Below are positions 30,282 to 38,683 of a stretch of 64,000 nt of DNA, piece after piece. The notes below the pieces were generated by a model. That model searched no databases, had not been told where the DNA came from, and saw nothing but the letters and a program-made list of their open reading frames with translations. Source of the DNA: an uncultured Clostridia bacterium (GTDB lineage Bacteria; Bacillota; Clostridia; TANB77; CAG-508). How positions within the stretch are numbered: position 1 is the first letter of the stretch; each line of letters starts with the position of its first letter. The stretch is from contig CALXVD010000003.1 in the NCBI GenBank assembly GCA_944391865.1, forward strand, positions 6,375 through 70,374. The letters are read 5' to 3'. Position numbers and translations under genes: made by a program.

Positions 30282-30497
30282 ATGAACGAACAAGTAAATC
30301 ATCCTCAACATTATAACGCCGGAAAAATAGAAGCAATAGATGTAATTGAAGATTGGAAATTAAATTTTTCATTAGGTTGTGTTATAAAATATATTTGTAG
30401 AGCAGAGTATAAAGATTCAACTATTCAAGATTTGGAAAAAGCGTCATGGTATTTAAATCGAGAAATACAAAGACGAAAAAATGAGGAAACTAAGTGA
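30282..30497 (+). CDS. Hypothetical small protein
   Basis: RBS aaaggagatgttaaaATG. Confidence 0.3.
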   Translation: MNEQVNHPQHYNAGKIEAIDVIEDWKLNFSLGCVIKYICRAEYKDSTIQDLEKASWYLNREIQRRKNEETK

Positions 30498-30567
30498 AGA
30501 TGACCTCTTAAAATCCATTTCTAGCAACTTAAAAACTTAAGTGATATAATTTGTCGTCTAAGACATG

Positions 30568-30617
30568 AAATCGCTATATGGGCATTATAGAGGCTTATAT
30601 AGCGATTTGTTGTTTTT
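30568..30617 (+). terminator. Strong rho-independent terminator ending the structural operon
   Basis: 12-bp stem aaatcgctatat..atatagcgattt followed by gttgttttt. Confidence 0.7.
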
Positions 30618-30710
30618 GAGTTAATTTTAAGGAGTAATTTCCTTAATTATGGTAACATAATTTAATTTTTATTAAAAATAAACACAAAAGTGAACAGATT
30701 GGAGGAGTTT

Positions 30711-31172
30711 ATGAATAGTAATAAAAGAGCTAAAGAAAAACTTATTAAACTTTATGGAGCAGAATGCTTTATTGACAAATTAAAATTAAGAACAGGTACA
30801 GAACTAAAACGATATAAAGGTAAAGGTCAAATGAAAAGAATGCAACAACTAACATATCATCATATACGAATGAAAAAGGATGGTGGAAAAGCGACTGTAG
30901 AAAATGGAGCATTATTATCTGCTGAAAATCACGCTTGGTTTCACAAACAGAGTCCTCAAACTCAAGATGAGATGAATCTGATATTTCAAGAATATAAAAA
31001 ACAATGTTCTCAAGAATGTCAGGTAGTATTTGTAGATGAATTAGAACTTCCATTTGAAATAAGAACGACTGAATTTTACATAGATGAAAAAGAACAGAAA
31101 AAAGCAAAATATAATAGAGCAAAAGAGAAAAGAGAATTTCAAAAACGATTGGACGAAGAATTAGACAAATAA
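30711..31172 (+). CDS. HNH-family nuclease (terminase-associated HNH type)
   Basis: LTYHHIRMKKDGGKATVENGALLSAENHAWFH is an HNH motif. Start taken at the ATG after ggagg. Confidence 0.5.
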   Translation: MNSNKRAKEKLIKLYGAECFIDKLKLRTGTELKRYKGKGQMKRMQQLTYHHIRMKKDGGKATVENGALLSAENHAWFHKQSPQTQDEMNLIFQEYKKQCSQECQVVFVDELELPFEIRTTEFYIDEKEQKKAKYNRAKEKREFQKRLDEELDK

Positions 31173-31239
31173 CGACAAATTCGACAAAAGTGAACAGAAT
31201 AAGATTCATTTATGCAACTTACAGTCAAGTTAAAAAATA

Positions 31240-31265
31240 TGGTACCGACATTTTTGTCAGTACCA
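31240..31265. terminator. Bidirectional terminator between convergent blocks
   Basis: tggtaccgaca-ttttt-gtcagtacca flanked by A-runs and T-runs. Confidence 0.55.
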
Positions 31266-31272
31266 TTTATAA

Positions 31273-31704
31273 TTAAACAAGAGTTAAAGATACATTTCTA
31301 AAATTACTAGCTCCTGTTGTTTTTATTTCCATATTAACTCGTGTCCCAACTAATTTTTCAGCTTCATTTGTTATAACTTCTATATCATTACTGCTGACAT
31401 CTACACCTAATTTTTTTAATTGACTTACAGTTCTTGCTATAGCAGTTCTTGTAGCTTTTAAATCTTTACCTGCTAACATTAAATGTAAATATTCTTTTTT
31501 ACCATCTTCAACTGCAACTACTACGTCTATCATAGGTCTTCCTGTATTTTTTGAATTTTTAGATTCTACTGATTCTATTTCTCCAATGTAATCACCATCT
31601 GGTAATTGTTCAAAATTACTTGTAAAGTCCTCTACTTTCTCTACGCCACCCATTTCTTTGAATATTTCGTTTAATTCTGATAAATCATCTCTTTCAAGAG
31701 CCAT
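31273..31704 (-). CDS. DUF669-like protein (usual partner of Sak4 recombinases)
   Basis: 143 aa. Position immediately downstream of the AAA_24 ATPase. Weak composition similarity. Confidence 0.35.
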   Translation of the reverse strand: MALERDDLSELNEIFKEMGGVEKVEDFTSNFEQLPDGDYIGEIESVESKNSKNTGRPMIDVVVAVEDGKKEYLHLMLAGKDLKATRTAIARTVSQLKKLGVDVSSNDIEVITNEAEKLVGTRVNMEIKTTGASNFRNVSLTLV

Positions 31705-31733
31705 TTTAAATTCCTCCTTTAATAATATATAGA

Positions 31734-32453
31734 TTATCCTATTACAGATTTTCTTTTGACTGGTGCTTCATCTTTCTTTGCGTAAGTATCTTCAACTTTT
31801 AATTCACCAGTCATTATTTTTTCTGCATCAAATTTCTTTGAAGCTACCACAAAGTTATCGTCAAATGCCTTTTTAGTTAATGGTATAGCAGTTTCTTTTA
31901 TTGCTAATCTTGAACCACCAAACTCATCATCTGAGTGACTAATGTGAAGTTCGTATTTCGCTTTTCCGTCTTCTCCAATTGATTTTACAGTTCTTGCTAT
32001 TATACCCATTAAACCTGACATTTGGTCTCTAAGTTTTTCTTCAAATACCGGTTGAAATTTAGAAATTTCTCTACCAAATTTGTTCTTTTCGATTATTTCT
32101 TGTTCGTGTGAAATGAACATTACGTTGTCACAATAATCGTTTGCAATACGTACGATAGTTTCCCATAAGAAACTTCTTAACATTGTATAACCTTTGTATG
32201 CGATTTCTGATTCGTGTTCAACACCATTTTTATCACACCAGTAAAATCTTAAATAGTCAATTAGATATGAAGTAGTGTCAACTATCAACCAGTCTGGTTT
32301 TATTTTTCTTACTTTTTCTAATGCGTCATTTAATTCTTTATAGTTTCTAACTCTTAATATTCTTTCTGGTGGGAATGTATATTCCGCATTTCCGTCAGTT
32401 GAAATTATGTACGCATTTTCAAATTGAGAAGCAAACGTAGTTTTACCTGACAT
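31734..32453 (-). CDS. Sak4-like RecA-core ATPase (AAA_24)
   Basis: MSGKTTFA is a Walker A remnant. hhhhD at LIVDTT is Walker B. Size ~240 aa. The N-terminus is truncated at the P-loop by the upstream HNH gene. Confidence 0.5.
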   Translation of the reverse strand: MSGKTTFASQFENAYIISTDGNAEYTFPPERILRVRNYKELNDALEKVRKIKPDWLIVDTTSYLIDYLRFYWCDKNGVEHESEIAYKGYTMLRSFLWETIVRIANDYCDNVMFISHEQEIIEKNKFGREISKFQPVFEEKLRDQMSGLMGIIARTVKSIGEDGKAKYELHISHSDDEFGGSRLAIKETAIPLTKKAFDDNFVVASKKFDAEKIMTGELKVEDTYAKKDEAPVKRKSVIG

Positions 32454-32482
32454 TACTTTTCCGATAAACCCAAATCTTAATT

Positions 32483-33019
32483 TTAATCACCTCCTAATTT
32501 TAAGTAGGACCATATATAGTTACCTGCTGTTTTACGACGACCTTCACAACAAGAGCATATATTACCGTGATTTATACCTGTGATTAAACTCGCCTGTACT
32601 ACACTAGGATAATTATTTATTAAATGATATTGTCTATCATATTGATATACAGGTTTACTTTGGTCTAAACCTTTTTTCATATTATCAGTAAATTTCCATA
32701 AACCAGTGTCTTTAGCGTGGTTCATATTTTCTTTTCTTGTCATCCATTCAAGTTTATTGATTTTATTATTCATCTTATTTCCGTCAATATGATTAATTTC
32801 TGGCTTATTTTCTGGATTAGGTATAAAAGCAGTAGCGATGAGTCTATGAAGATATAGATGCTTTACTTTATTATTTTTACAAAGTGCTACACGAATATAT
32901 CCTTTTTCGTTGTGAGGTTTTATATATTTATTTGATTGTATTCGTTTAACATTTCCAAAATTACTTATTTGGTACAATCCTTCATATCCTTTTATGTCTT
33001 TCCATATTTCTGCCGGCAC
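32483..33019 (-). CDS. HNH homing endonuclease with NUMOD4-like N-terminus (GTG start)
   Basis: EIWKDIKGYEGLYQISNFGNVK...LHRLIATAFIPNPENKPEINHIDGNKMNNKINKLEWMTRKEN. RBS AAGGAGG 9 nt before the GTG. Confidence 0.8.
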   Translation of the reverse strand: MPAEIWKDIKGYEGLYQISNFGNVKRIQSNKYIKPHNEKGYIRVALCKNNKVKHLYLHRLIATAFIPNPENKPEINHIDGNKMNNKINKLEWMTRKENMNHAKDTGLWKFTDNMKKGLDQSKPVYQYDRQYHLINNYPSVVQASLITGINHGNICSCCEGRRKTAGNYIWSYLKLGGD

Positions 33020-33154
33020 TATATTTGAAATCCTCCTTTCTTTAAAATAAAAAATAGACCCTTACGCACAAACATTATAGGTCTAAACAAAATATAATAT
33101 ATTTTACAATTTATTTTACTGCGTTTAGCCTGAAAAACGTCTTACGTTATATTG

Positions 33155-33190
33155 TTCTCTATTTTCTATTATGGTTGTATTTTATAACAC
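33155..33190 (-). promoter_or_regulatory. Sigma-A-like promoter (TTGACT-N17-TAAAAT)
   Basis: Seen on the minus strand. A hairpin plus T-run follows at ~33030..33070, before the HNH RBS. Confidence 0.45.
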
Positions 33191-33215
33191 AAAAATAAAA
33201 AAGTCAAGAGATTTC

Positions 33216-33557
33216 TTAACTTTTTTTCAATTTTCTTCTTACTTCATTAAACAAAAATGATAAGAAATTACTATGTATTCTTAGTTTTTCAGCATAATAG
33301 CCTGGGTCAGTATCATAAATACTTGTTGAAAATCCATATGTACCAAAGCCTATTACACCAATTATTAAGTCATTTGCTAATATTCCTCTTTGGTGTCTAC
33401 CAAGGTTTTTAAAATTATATGAAAACAACACATCATATTGTGAAAATTCTTCTTCAATTTGAATGTTTATTAAAATACTACTTTTTTCTTGTAAAGCTAT
33501 TACTATAATTGTAGCATATTGTTCAATTTTATCTTTTATTTCTTGGTCTATTTCCAT
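33216..33557 (-). CDS. Hypothetical protein
   Basis: 113 aa. Confidence 0.3.
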   Translation of the reverse strand: MEIDQEIKDKIEQYATIIVIALQEKSSILINIQIEEEFSQYDVLFSYNFKNLGRHQRGILANDLIIGVIGFGTYGFSTSIYDTDPGYYAEKLRIHSNFLSFLFNEVRRKLKKS

Positions 33558-33558
33558 T

Positions 33559-34011
33559 TTATCCCCTCTTTTCTAACTTATCTATACATTTTTCTATAAT
33601 TTCTCTTTGCTTATTTGCTTTTCTTATCGCTTCATCGGATATTTTAGTATTTATTACTACTAAAAACATTAATACGGTAGACCCAAGCGCACCTGCCATT
33701 GATATTACCGCTCTAAATTCACTGAATAAGGCCTGACATACAAGACTAATAGTTAATATCACTAATTGTGCTCCAATAATCATAAAATTCATTTTATAAC
33801 ACGTGTTTCTATTCATATCATATACTAAATCCATAAGAGTCATTTTAGCCATCATTTTATAACCTAACATTGTGCCTGTTTTAATTTCTTCTTTTTCTTC
33901 ATAATCTACCATTTCTAAATTTTCATTAATTATTTTCATTTTCCTACCTACCTTTATATATGAAAAATGGTGAGGTTTATTTCTTTTATCCCCACCTGCA
34001 ACGTCCCGCAA
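33559..34011 (-). CDS. Membrane protein (2-3 TM)
   Basis: 150 aa. Hydrophobic core. Confidence 0.3.
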   Translation of the reverse strand: MRDVAGGDKRNKPHHFSYIKVGRKMKIINENLEMVDYEEKEEIKTGTMLGYKMMAKMTLMDLVYDMNRNTCYKMNFMIIGAQLVILTISLVCQALFSEFRAVISMAGALGSTVLMFLVVINTKISDEAIRKANKQREIIEKCIDKLEKRG

Positions 34012-34351
34012 TGAGGCGAGCTTTGAAACGTCACGCTAAATACCTTAGGCGAGGGATACCTTCCAGTGGTATTTGCCAACGAAGCATACTTTCGATATAC
34101 TTGCCCTACTTCACATAGTTTTCTATGCTTATACACTTACAAAGAGCTACTTTGTACCACGTACCTTACGAGGGTTATTCTCTACTGCATATGTAAGGAT
34201 TTGCGATTAACCACGCTAACCTCCCTTTTGTTAACGACACAAGGGACCTGCTGTCGCCCACTAATTAATAGGATACCGGCTGTTTTTTCATACAGTACAC
34301 ATTTAAGAAGACTGTGCTGTTAAAGGCATATTCACTTCACCGGTTATATAA
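34012..34351. ncRNA. Candidate structured non-coding RNA (GC-enriched non-coding stretch)
   Basis: ~340 nt with no credible ORF. GC is clearly above the genome background. The only ORFs are short and antisense-overlapping. It is adjacent to the tRNA cluster. Confidence 0.3.
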
Positions 34352-34624
34352 TTAGCTACATCTTATACAGATATTAGCTTTTCTTCTTGCATTCAATATT
34401 TTAGTATAATGTTCACTTGCGGTATCATTTCTAGCGTGTTCTTTTAATGCTGTGGTCGACCAATAAATTTTTGACCACATATATTGAATTGCGTGTGGCG
34501 TTCTTCCTAGTACAACTGCTAATCTATTAGCATTATCCCAGTTTGGTAGCATACTCGCTACTAGGTCCACCTCTTCTTGTGACCAAGGTTTTCCAGCATT
34601 TAACGGTTTATTACCTTCGCTCAT
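34352..34624 (-). CDS. Myb/SANT-like DNA-binding domain protein
   Basis: KPWSQEEVDLVASMLPNW...LAVVLGRTPHAIQYMWSKI matches the W..EE..L...W..R Myb repeat pattern. Confidence 0.4.
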   Translation of the reverse strand: MSEGNKPLNAGKPWSQEEVDLVASMLPNWDNANRLAVVLGRTPHAIQYMWSKIYWSTTALKEHARNDTASEHYTKILNARRKANICIRCS

Positions 34625-34675
34625 ATTGAGCCTCCTTTCTACCTGTAAATAATCTTACAGACTTATTTAATATAT

Positions 34676-34760
34676 AGGAGACTGTAGGATTTGAACCTAC
34701 GCCTGATAAATCAGATAAGATTACTCTTACTCCCCTCCACAGCCTTTGGGGAAAGTCTCC
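34676..34760 (-). tRNA. tRNA-like gene (type II, long variable arm; possibly Leu) with a non-canonical anticodon arm
   Basis: Acceptor stem GGAGACT/AGTCTCC, T-arm GTAGG-TTCAAAT-CCTAC and a variable-arm stem are present. The anticodon region folds as a 6-bp stem with a 4-nt loop rather than 5 bp with 7 nt. Confidence 0.4.
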
Positions 34761-34833
34761 ATATAATAACATAACTTTTGATTCTGGCTTTCAAACAGGT
34801 GGATTGGTGAGTTATGAGAACACCATTAGCCAT

Positions 34834-34920
34834 TGGCGCCGTGGTGAGGTGTCGAACCCCCACGCTTTCACGTGTATCTGCTTTCAAGGCAGAGTGTGAC
34901 TAGCCGGTCACAACCACGGC
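34834..34920 (-). tRNA. tRNA-Ser (anticodon TGA), CCA encoded
   Basis: Acceptor GCCGTGG/CCACGGC, anticodon arm TCTGC-CTTGAAA-GCAGA, long variable arm CACG..CGTG, T-loop TTCGACA, 3' GCCA. Confidence 0.7.
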
Positions 34921-34931
34921 ATATTTTCATT

Positions 34932-35018
34932 TGGTGGGTGAGGATGGATTCGAACCACCGTAGCCACAAGGACGCCTGATTTACAGTCAGGTGCAATTGA
35001 CCACTCTGCCACTCACCC
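34932..35018 (-). tRNA. tRNA-Tyr (anticodon GTA), CCA encoded
   Basis: Acceptor GGGTGAG/CTCACCC, anticodon arm CCTGA-CTGTAAA-TCAGG, long variable arm, T-loop TTCGAAT, 3' ACCA. Confidence 0.75.
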
Positions 35019-35336
35019 ATATTTTTTATGAAGCTGCGCGTGAATACAATTTTCTTGATTTGTCACCCATTCTAAATTATCTGCATTATTATTTGTTTTA
35101 TTAAAATCTTTATGATTAACTTGAGGTTTATTTTCTGGATTAGGTATGAAAGCCTCTGCTACTAATCTATGGACAAAAACTTGTCTAGTATTACTTCTAC
35201 TACCCATTGATAAGTTAACACTCAAATAATTATCTTTATCTAATTTTTGATTTAAAATTTTATCAGTATCTACACGTTTTACTATACCATCAGTTGATAC
35301 CATATATGAATTATTTATTTTGCATTTCTTCCACAT
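35013..35336 (-). CDS. Truncated HNH endonuclease (stop codon overlaps the 5' end of tRNA-Tyr)
   Basis: VHRLVAEAFIPNPENKPQVNHKDFNKTNNNADNLEWVTNQEN. It is only 107 aa compared with 166..178 for its paralogs. Confidence 0.6.
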   Translation of the reverse strand: MWKKCKINNSYMVSTDGIVKRVDTDKILNQKLDKDNYLSVNLSMGSRSNTRQVFVHRLVAEAFIPNPENKPQVNHKDFNKTNNNADNLEWVTNQENCIHAQLHKKYG

Positions 35337-35490
35337 AATCTACCTCTTTTAATCTATCTAAATGAATTACATAATGATGTTTTTCACAAAAATTTTTATG
35401 ACATTCTTCACTTCCACAAATTATATTCTCTTGTACCTTTTAATCCGTGATATTCGTAGTTTGTTTGTCCTGCCATTGTATTTCTCTCCC

Positions 35491-36117
35491 TTAACTTTTC
35501 AAACTATCCAACAGTAATTTCACGTCGTCAAGATTTTCAAAGTGGTCTTTATTCAAAAATATTATTCTGATACCAGCTTTTTCAGCTCTCTCCATTTTTT
35601 GTTTTATATTTTCTTCGTGTTTTTTCTTACTAACATACGTAGCTCTTTCTGAAATATGAATTGCTAGATTTGAATATTCTCCTAATAATAATGCGTCTAT
35701 TGACACTCCTTCTAATATAGTTCTATCATTTGGTTTATAAGGAATGTTATTCTTTTTTAACCAATCATATAATTTATTTACATATGCTTTCAAAGACTTT
35801 TGTGTTCTAGTTTCTACATATTGTCCTAATTCTGGATATTTAATAAAATAAGAAGGAGATAATTTAGTCTTTCCTATTACAGCCGCTAATTCAGTTCTTG
35901 TTACTAATCTACCTTGAGCTTTAGCCCATTCAAGTAATTTTTCTCCATCTTGAATATACAACTCTCCTTTTTTCCTTGAATCGTGCCTTAGTTTTACATT
36001 ATTTCTTTCTAAAACACGCTTTATAGAAGTAGGGTAAGTACCAAATACTTTTGCTATACTATTTATAGATTGACCATTTTCGTACGCTTCAATTATCGCA
36101 CTTGTTTCAATTTTCAT
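35491..36117 (-). CDS. HTH protein with a C-terminal restriction-endonuclease-like (Vsr/DUF559-like) domain
   Basis: N-terminal HTH (SINSIAKVFGTYPTSIKRVL). A C-terminal D..E.K-like pattern. This is a weak call. Confidence 0.3.
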   Translation of the reverse strand: MKIETSAIIEAYENGQSINSIAKVFGTYPTSIKRVLERNNVKLRHDSRKKGELYIQDGEKLLEWAKAQGRLVTRTELAAVIGKTKLSPSYFIKYPELGQYVETRTQKSLKAYVNKLYDWLKKNNIPYKPNDRTILEGVSIDALLLGEYSNLAIHISERATYVSKKKHEENIKQKMERAEKAGIRIIFLNKDHFENLDDVKLLLDSLKS

Positions 36118-36122
36118 ATCTA

Positions 36123-36536
36123 TTACTCCTTTATCTTTGATATAGCATTTTCATAAATCTTTCTATTATCGTTGTTTAAATCACATAATCTTATATTATT
36201 CAATGCTTCTGCGTCATCTCCTAATATATCAGTTATTTTTTCTTTTGGTATATTCATTTCTGCTATAATCACATCTAAGAATGTATTTTTCCTACCAAAA
36301 AACTCTGAGTCTAATAAGTCATAAGCTATATCTATAAACGGTTTATGTAGTTTTTTACTAAAAAATTTAAACATATCTGCTATATAAGGAGAACGACCTT
36401 TTCCTAAGTACGTGCTTTCACCATATAAAACACGTCTATATGAAGTTATTTGCATATTTGGATAGTCATATGTTTGCTTGAATTCTCTGTATAAGCTAGC
36501 TTTGTTAAGCACTCTGTATTCTGACAAATCCTTCAT
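36123..36536 (-). CDS. Hypothetical protein
   Basis: 137 aa. Confidence 0.3.
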   Translation of the reverse strand: MKDLSEYRVLNKASLYREFKQTYDYPNMQITSYRRVLYGESTYLGKGRSPYIADMFKFFSKKLHKPFIDIAYDLLDSEFFGRKNTFLDVIIAEMNIPKEKITDILGDDAEALNNIRLCDLNNDNRKIYENAISKIKE

Positions 36537-36584
36537 TTTAGCTTCGTTCCTTTCTTTTTTATTTATAAATATATAATATCATAT

Positions 36585-37058
36585 TTATTTAAAAACGTCA
36601 ATTGGTTTCTTGTCTTTATCTTCATATTTAACGTATTCTTGTTTGATATCTCCTCCGTCCAACATATATAATAATATAGATAACCAGTGGGCGGATTTAT
36701 TTGGATAAAACATATTATAATACACATAAAGTTTACCTTGGAGAGCTAATGTTGCTATTTTGTCGATATCATTTACAGATGTATCTTCTGGAATTAATAA
36801 TTCTAATCGTTCCATACTTTTTTTATCTTTATTTAATCGAAAACGTGGTAATGTTCCTACTGCACTTCTAGCAGTTATTATATCTATGTCTGAAAATCCA
36901 TAGTAAGTTTCTCTTAATTTTGGTGTTATCCATTTTGGGTTTTTTTCTATTTCATAAGTTGTTTTTCTAATAATAAATGGAAATATTATGTACTTCCATA
37001 ATTTTAACAATATAAATCCAATTAATATTAGTATAATTAGAACGAATACGTCTTTCAT
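36585..37058 (-). CDS. Membrane-anchored protein
   Basis: N-terminal TM helix. Confidence 0.3.
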   Translation of the reverse strand: MKDVFVLIILILIGFILLKLWKYIIFPFIIRKTTYEIEKNPKWITPKLRETYYGFSDIDIITARSAVGTLPRFRLNKDKKSMERLELLIPEDTSVNDIDKIATLALQGKLYVYYNMFYPNKSAHWLSILLYMLDGGDIKQEYVKYEDKDKKPIDVFK

Positions 37059-37825
37059 TATTTATATCCCTCTTTCTGTAGTATCATTCGTTGGTCTAAT
37101 AAATATTGTCTTACTTTATTTGACATTTCAGTGTCTTTATATTTGAAGTGATGACTATCTGGGTGTCTTAAATGGTCTATACATATTTCTTTACTACCAT
37201 ATTGTTTATATTTAGCTTTATATAATTCTGTATAAAATGCCACATTTGGAATTGCAATTTCTGGATATAATGGACACTTATCTTCGTCAAATATAGTATA
37301 TGCACAATAACCACCCCAATCACCAGGATGAATATCTTTATATGAAGTTATCGGTCTAGTAGCAGCAGTAAAATTCTTAGCTCCTTCTGCAACAAAAAAT
37401 TTAAACATACAAGCAGAAGGTTCTGTAGCTCTACTTAGTTTAATAAGTTCTAATACAGCTTCTGGTCTAACACTATCATCAATTGGAAAATAGAAAAACA
37501 CTTTCTTTTCAGTTGGATAAGTTTTTCTAAACTCATTTCTTAAACGATTTCTTGTAGAATACATTATTTTATCTGTTGTATATTTATGTTTGTCACAAAC
37601 TAGTATAAGTTTTTTACCAGTTCTAATTGTTAAAGTTTTAATTGCGTTTTCTACTTTTGGTCCTGGTGTATCATTATTATATATAATTTTAGGCTCTGCA
37701 ATATCTTCATAATTTATTCCTAATGAAATTAATTTTCTATAAATTGTAGTATAGTTATTTATAAAAATATCTACATATCTTTCTAAATAACCATTCCAAC
37801 AAACTGTACCAAAACAAAACTTCAT
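37058..37825 (-). CDS. Hypothetical protein; possibly a nucleotide-sugar/glycosyl-transferase-like fold
   Basis: 255 aa. The DD/DxD-like motif is weak. Confidence 0.2.
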   Translation of the reverse strand: MKFCFGTVCWNGYLERYVDIFINNYTTIYRKLISLGINYEDIAEPKIIYNNDTPGPKVENAIKTLTIRTGKKLILVCDKHKYTTDKIMYSTRNRLRNEFRKTYPTEKKVFFYFPIDDSVRPEAVLELIKLSRATEPSACMFKFFVAEGAKNFTAATRPITSYKDIHPGDWGGYCAYTIFDEDKCPLYPEIAIPNVAFYTELYKAKYKQYGSKEICIDHLRHPDSHHFKYKDTEMSNKVRQYLLDQRMILQKEGYK

Positions 37826-37827
37826 AT

Positions 37828-38193
37828 TTATACATTCCTTTCTTTTCTAATTTCTTGTAATATATGTTCTATACCGCCTATATTCATGTCATCTAAATAT
37901 TCGTTACAGAATATCTTACGTGGATTATTTTTAAAAAATTCTTTCATATGAGGCAAATTATCATTCACTGCGTCAAATTCAATGTTTTGTTCTCTACACC
38001 ACTTTACGGCCTGGTCTAAAACGTCTCCTTCACGCATAGTTACTAAAATCAAATAAGCCCCTTTTCTTTGTTCTTCTAATATATAATCTATAACTTCTTG
38101 AATAGGTTTCTGTATTTTAGGATAAGTACCCTTAGTTACAGCTAGGGTACCGTCAAAATCTACACCAATTATTCTATAAGGATTTTTCTTCAT
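37828..38193 (-). CDS. HAD-superfamily phosphatase (Pnkp-phosphatase-like DxDGT)
   Basis: IIGVDFDGTLAV is HAD motif I. RBS AAGGAGG 6 nt before the ATG at 38193. Confidence 0.55.
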   Translation of the reverse strand: MKKNPYRIIGVDFDGTLAVTKGTYPKIQKPIQEVIDYILEEQRKGAYLILVTMREGDVLDQAVKWCREQNIEFDAVNDNLPHMKEFFKNNPRKIFCNEYLDDMNIGGIEHILQEIRKERNV

Positions 38194-38533
38194 CGTCGAC
38201 CTCCTTAGCTTTGACCACACCTTTTTTAGGTTTCTTTTCTATTGGTAAAAATAACATTTCTTTATTATCAAAATATATTTTGCCATTTCCATTTTCCTTA
38301 TCTGGACCTTCATATTGAGGTCTCATAAAAGAAATATACCCTGTTCCATATTTTTTAACACATTCTCTTGTACGAGCAATTCTTTGGCAATCATTTTTAA
38401 AACCAAGATTTATATAATCAATATCAGTAGCTTTATCTTCTGGTAATTTATCTAAGTCAACGAAAACAGAAAAGCAATCCGCTACTTCAAATTGTTTCTT
38501 TTTTGTTCTGTGCAAATACACTTTTATTTCCAT
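38174..38533 (-). CDS. Hypothetical protein
   Basis: 119 aa. Confidence 0.3.
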   Translation of the reverse strand: MEIKVYLHRTKKKQFEVADCFSVFVDLDKLPEDKATDIDYINLGFKNDCQRIARTRECVKKYGTGYISFMRPQYEGPDKENGNGKIYFDNKEMLFLPIEKKPKKGVVKAKEVDDEEKSL

Positions 38534-38536
38534 TTA

Positions 38537-38683
38537 TTCTTCCTCCAAAAATATATTTTTTATAGATAAGTAAGCAGCTTTCATTCCTTTTAATATATTT
38601 GTATCCAATGTTTTATTTTCTTCTATTACTTTTAATTCATTTTTAATATAATCACTCAACGCCTCTTTAAATGGGTCCATTAA
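38537..38683 (-). CDS. Small 48-aa ORF with an RBS
   Basis: aaaggtgggg..ATG gives MDPFKEALSDYIKNELKV... It is not in the ORF track. Confidence 0.25.

Noticed and set aside
33954-34323. ORFs 33954..34136 (-) and 34066..34323 (+) in the GC-rich intergenic block
   Set aside because: They overlap each other on opposite strands, lack RBSs and have odd compositions. The region is better explained as non-coding.
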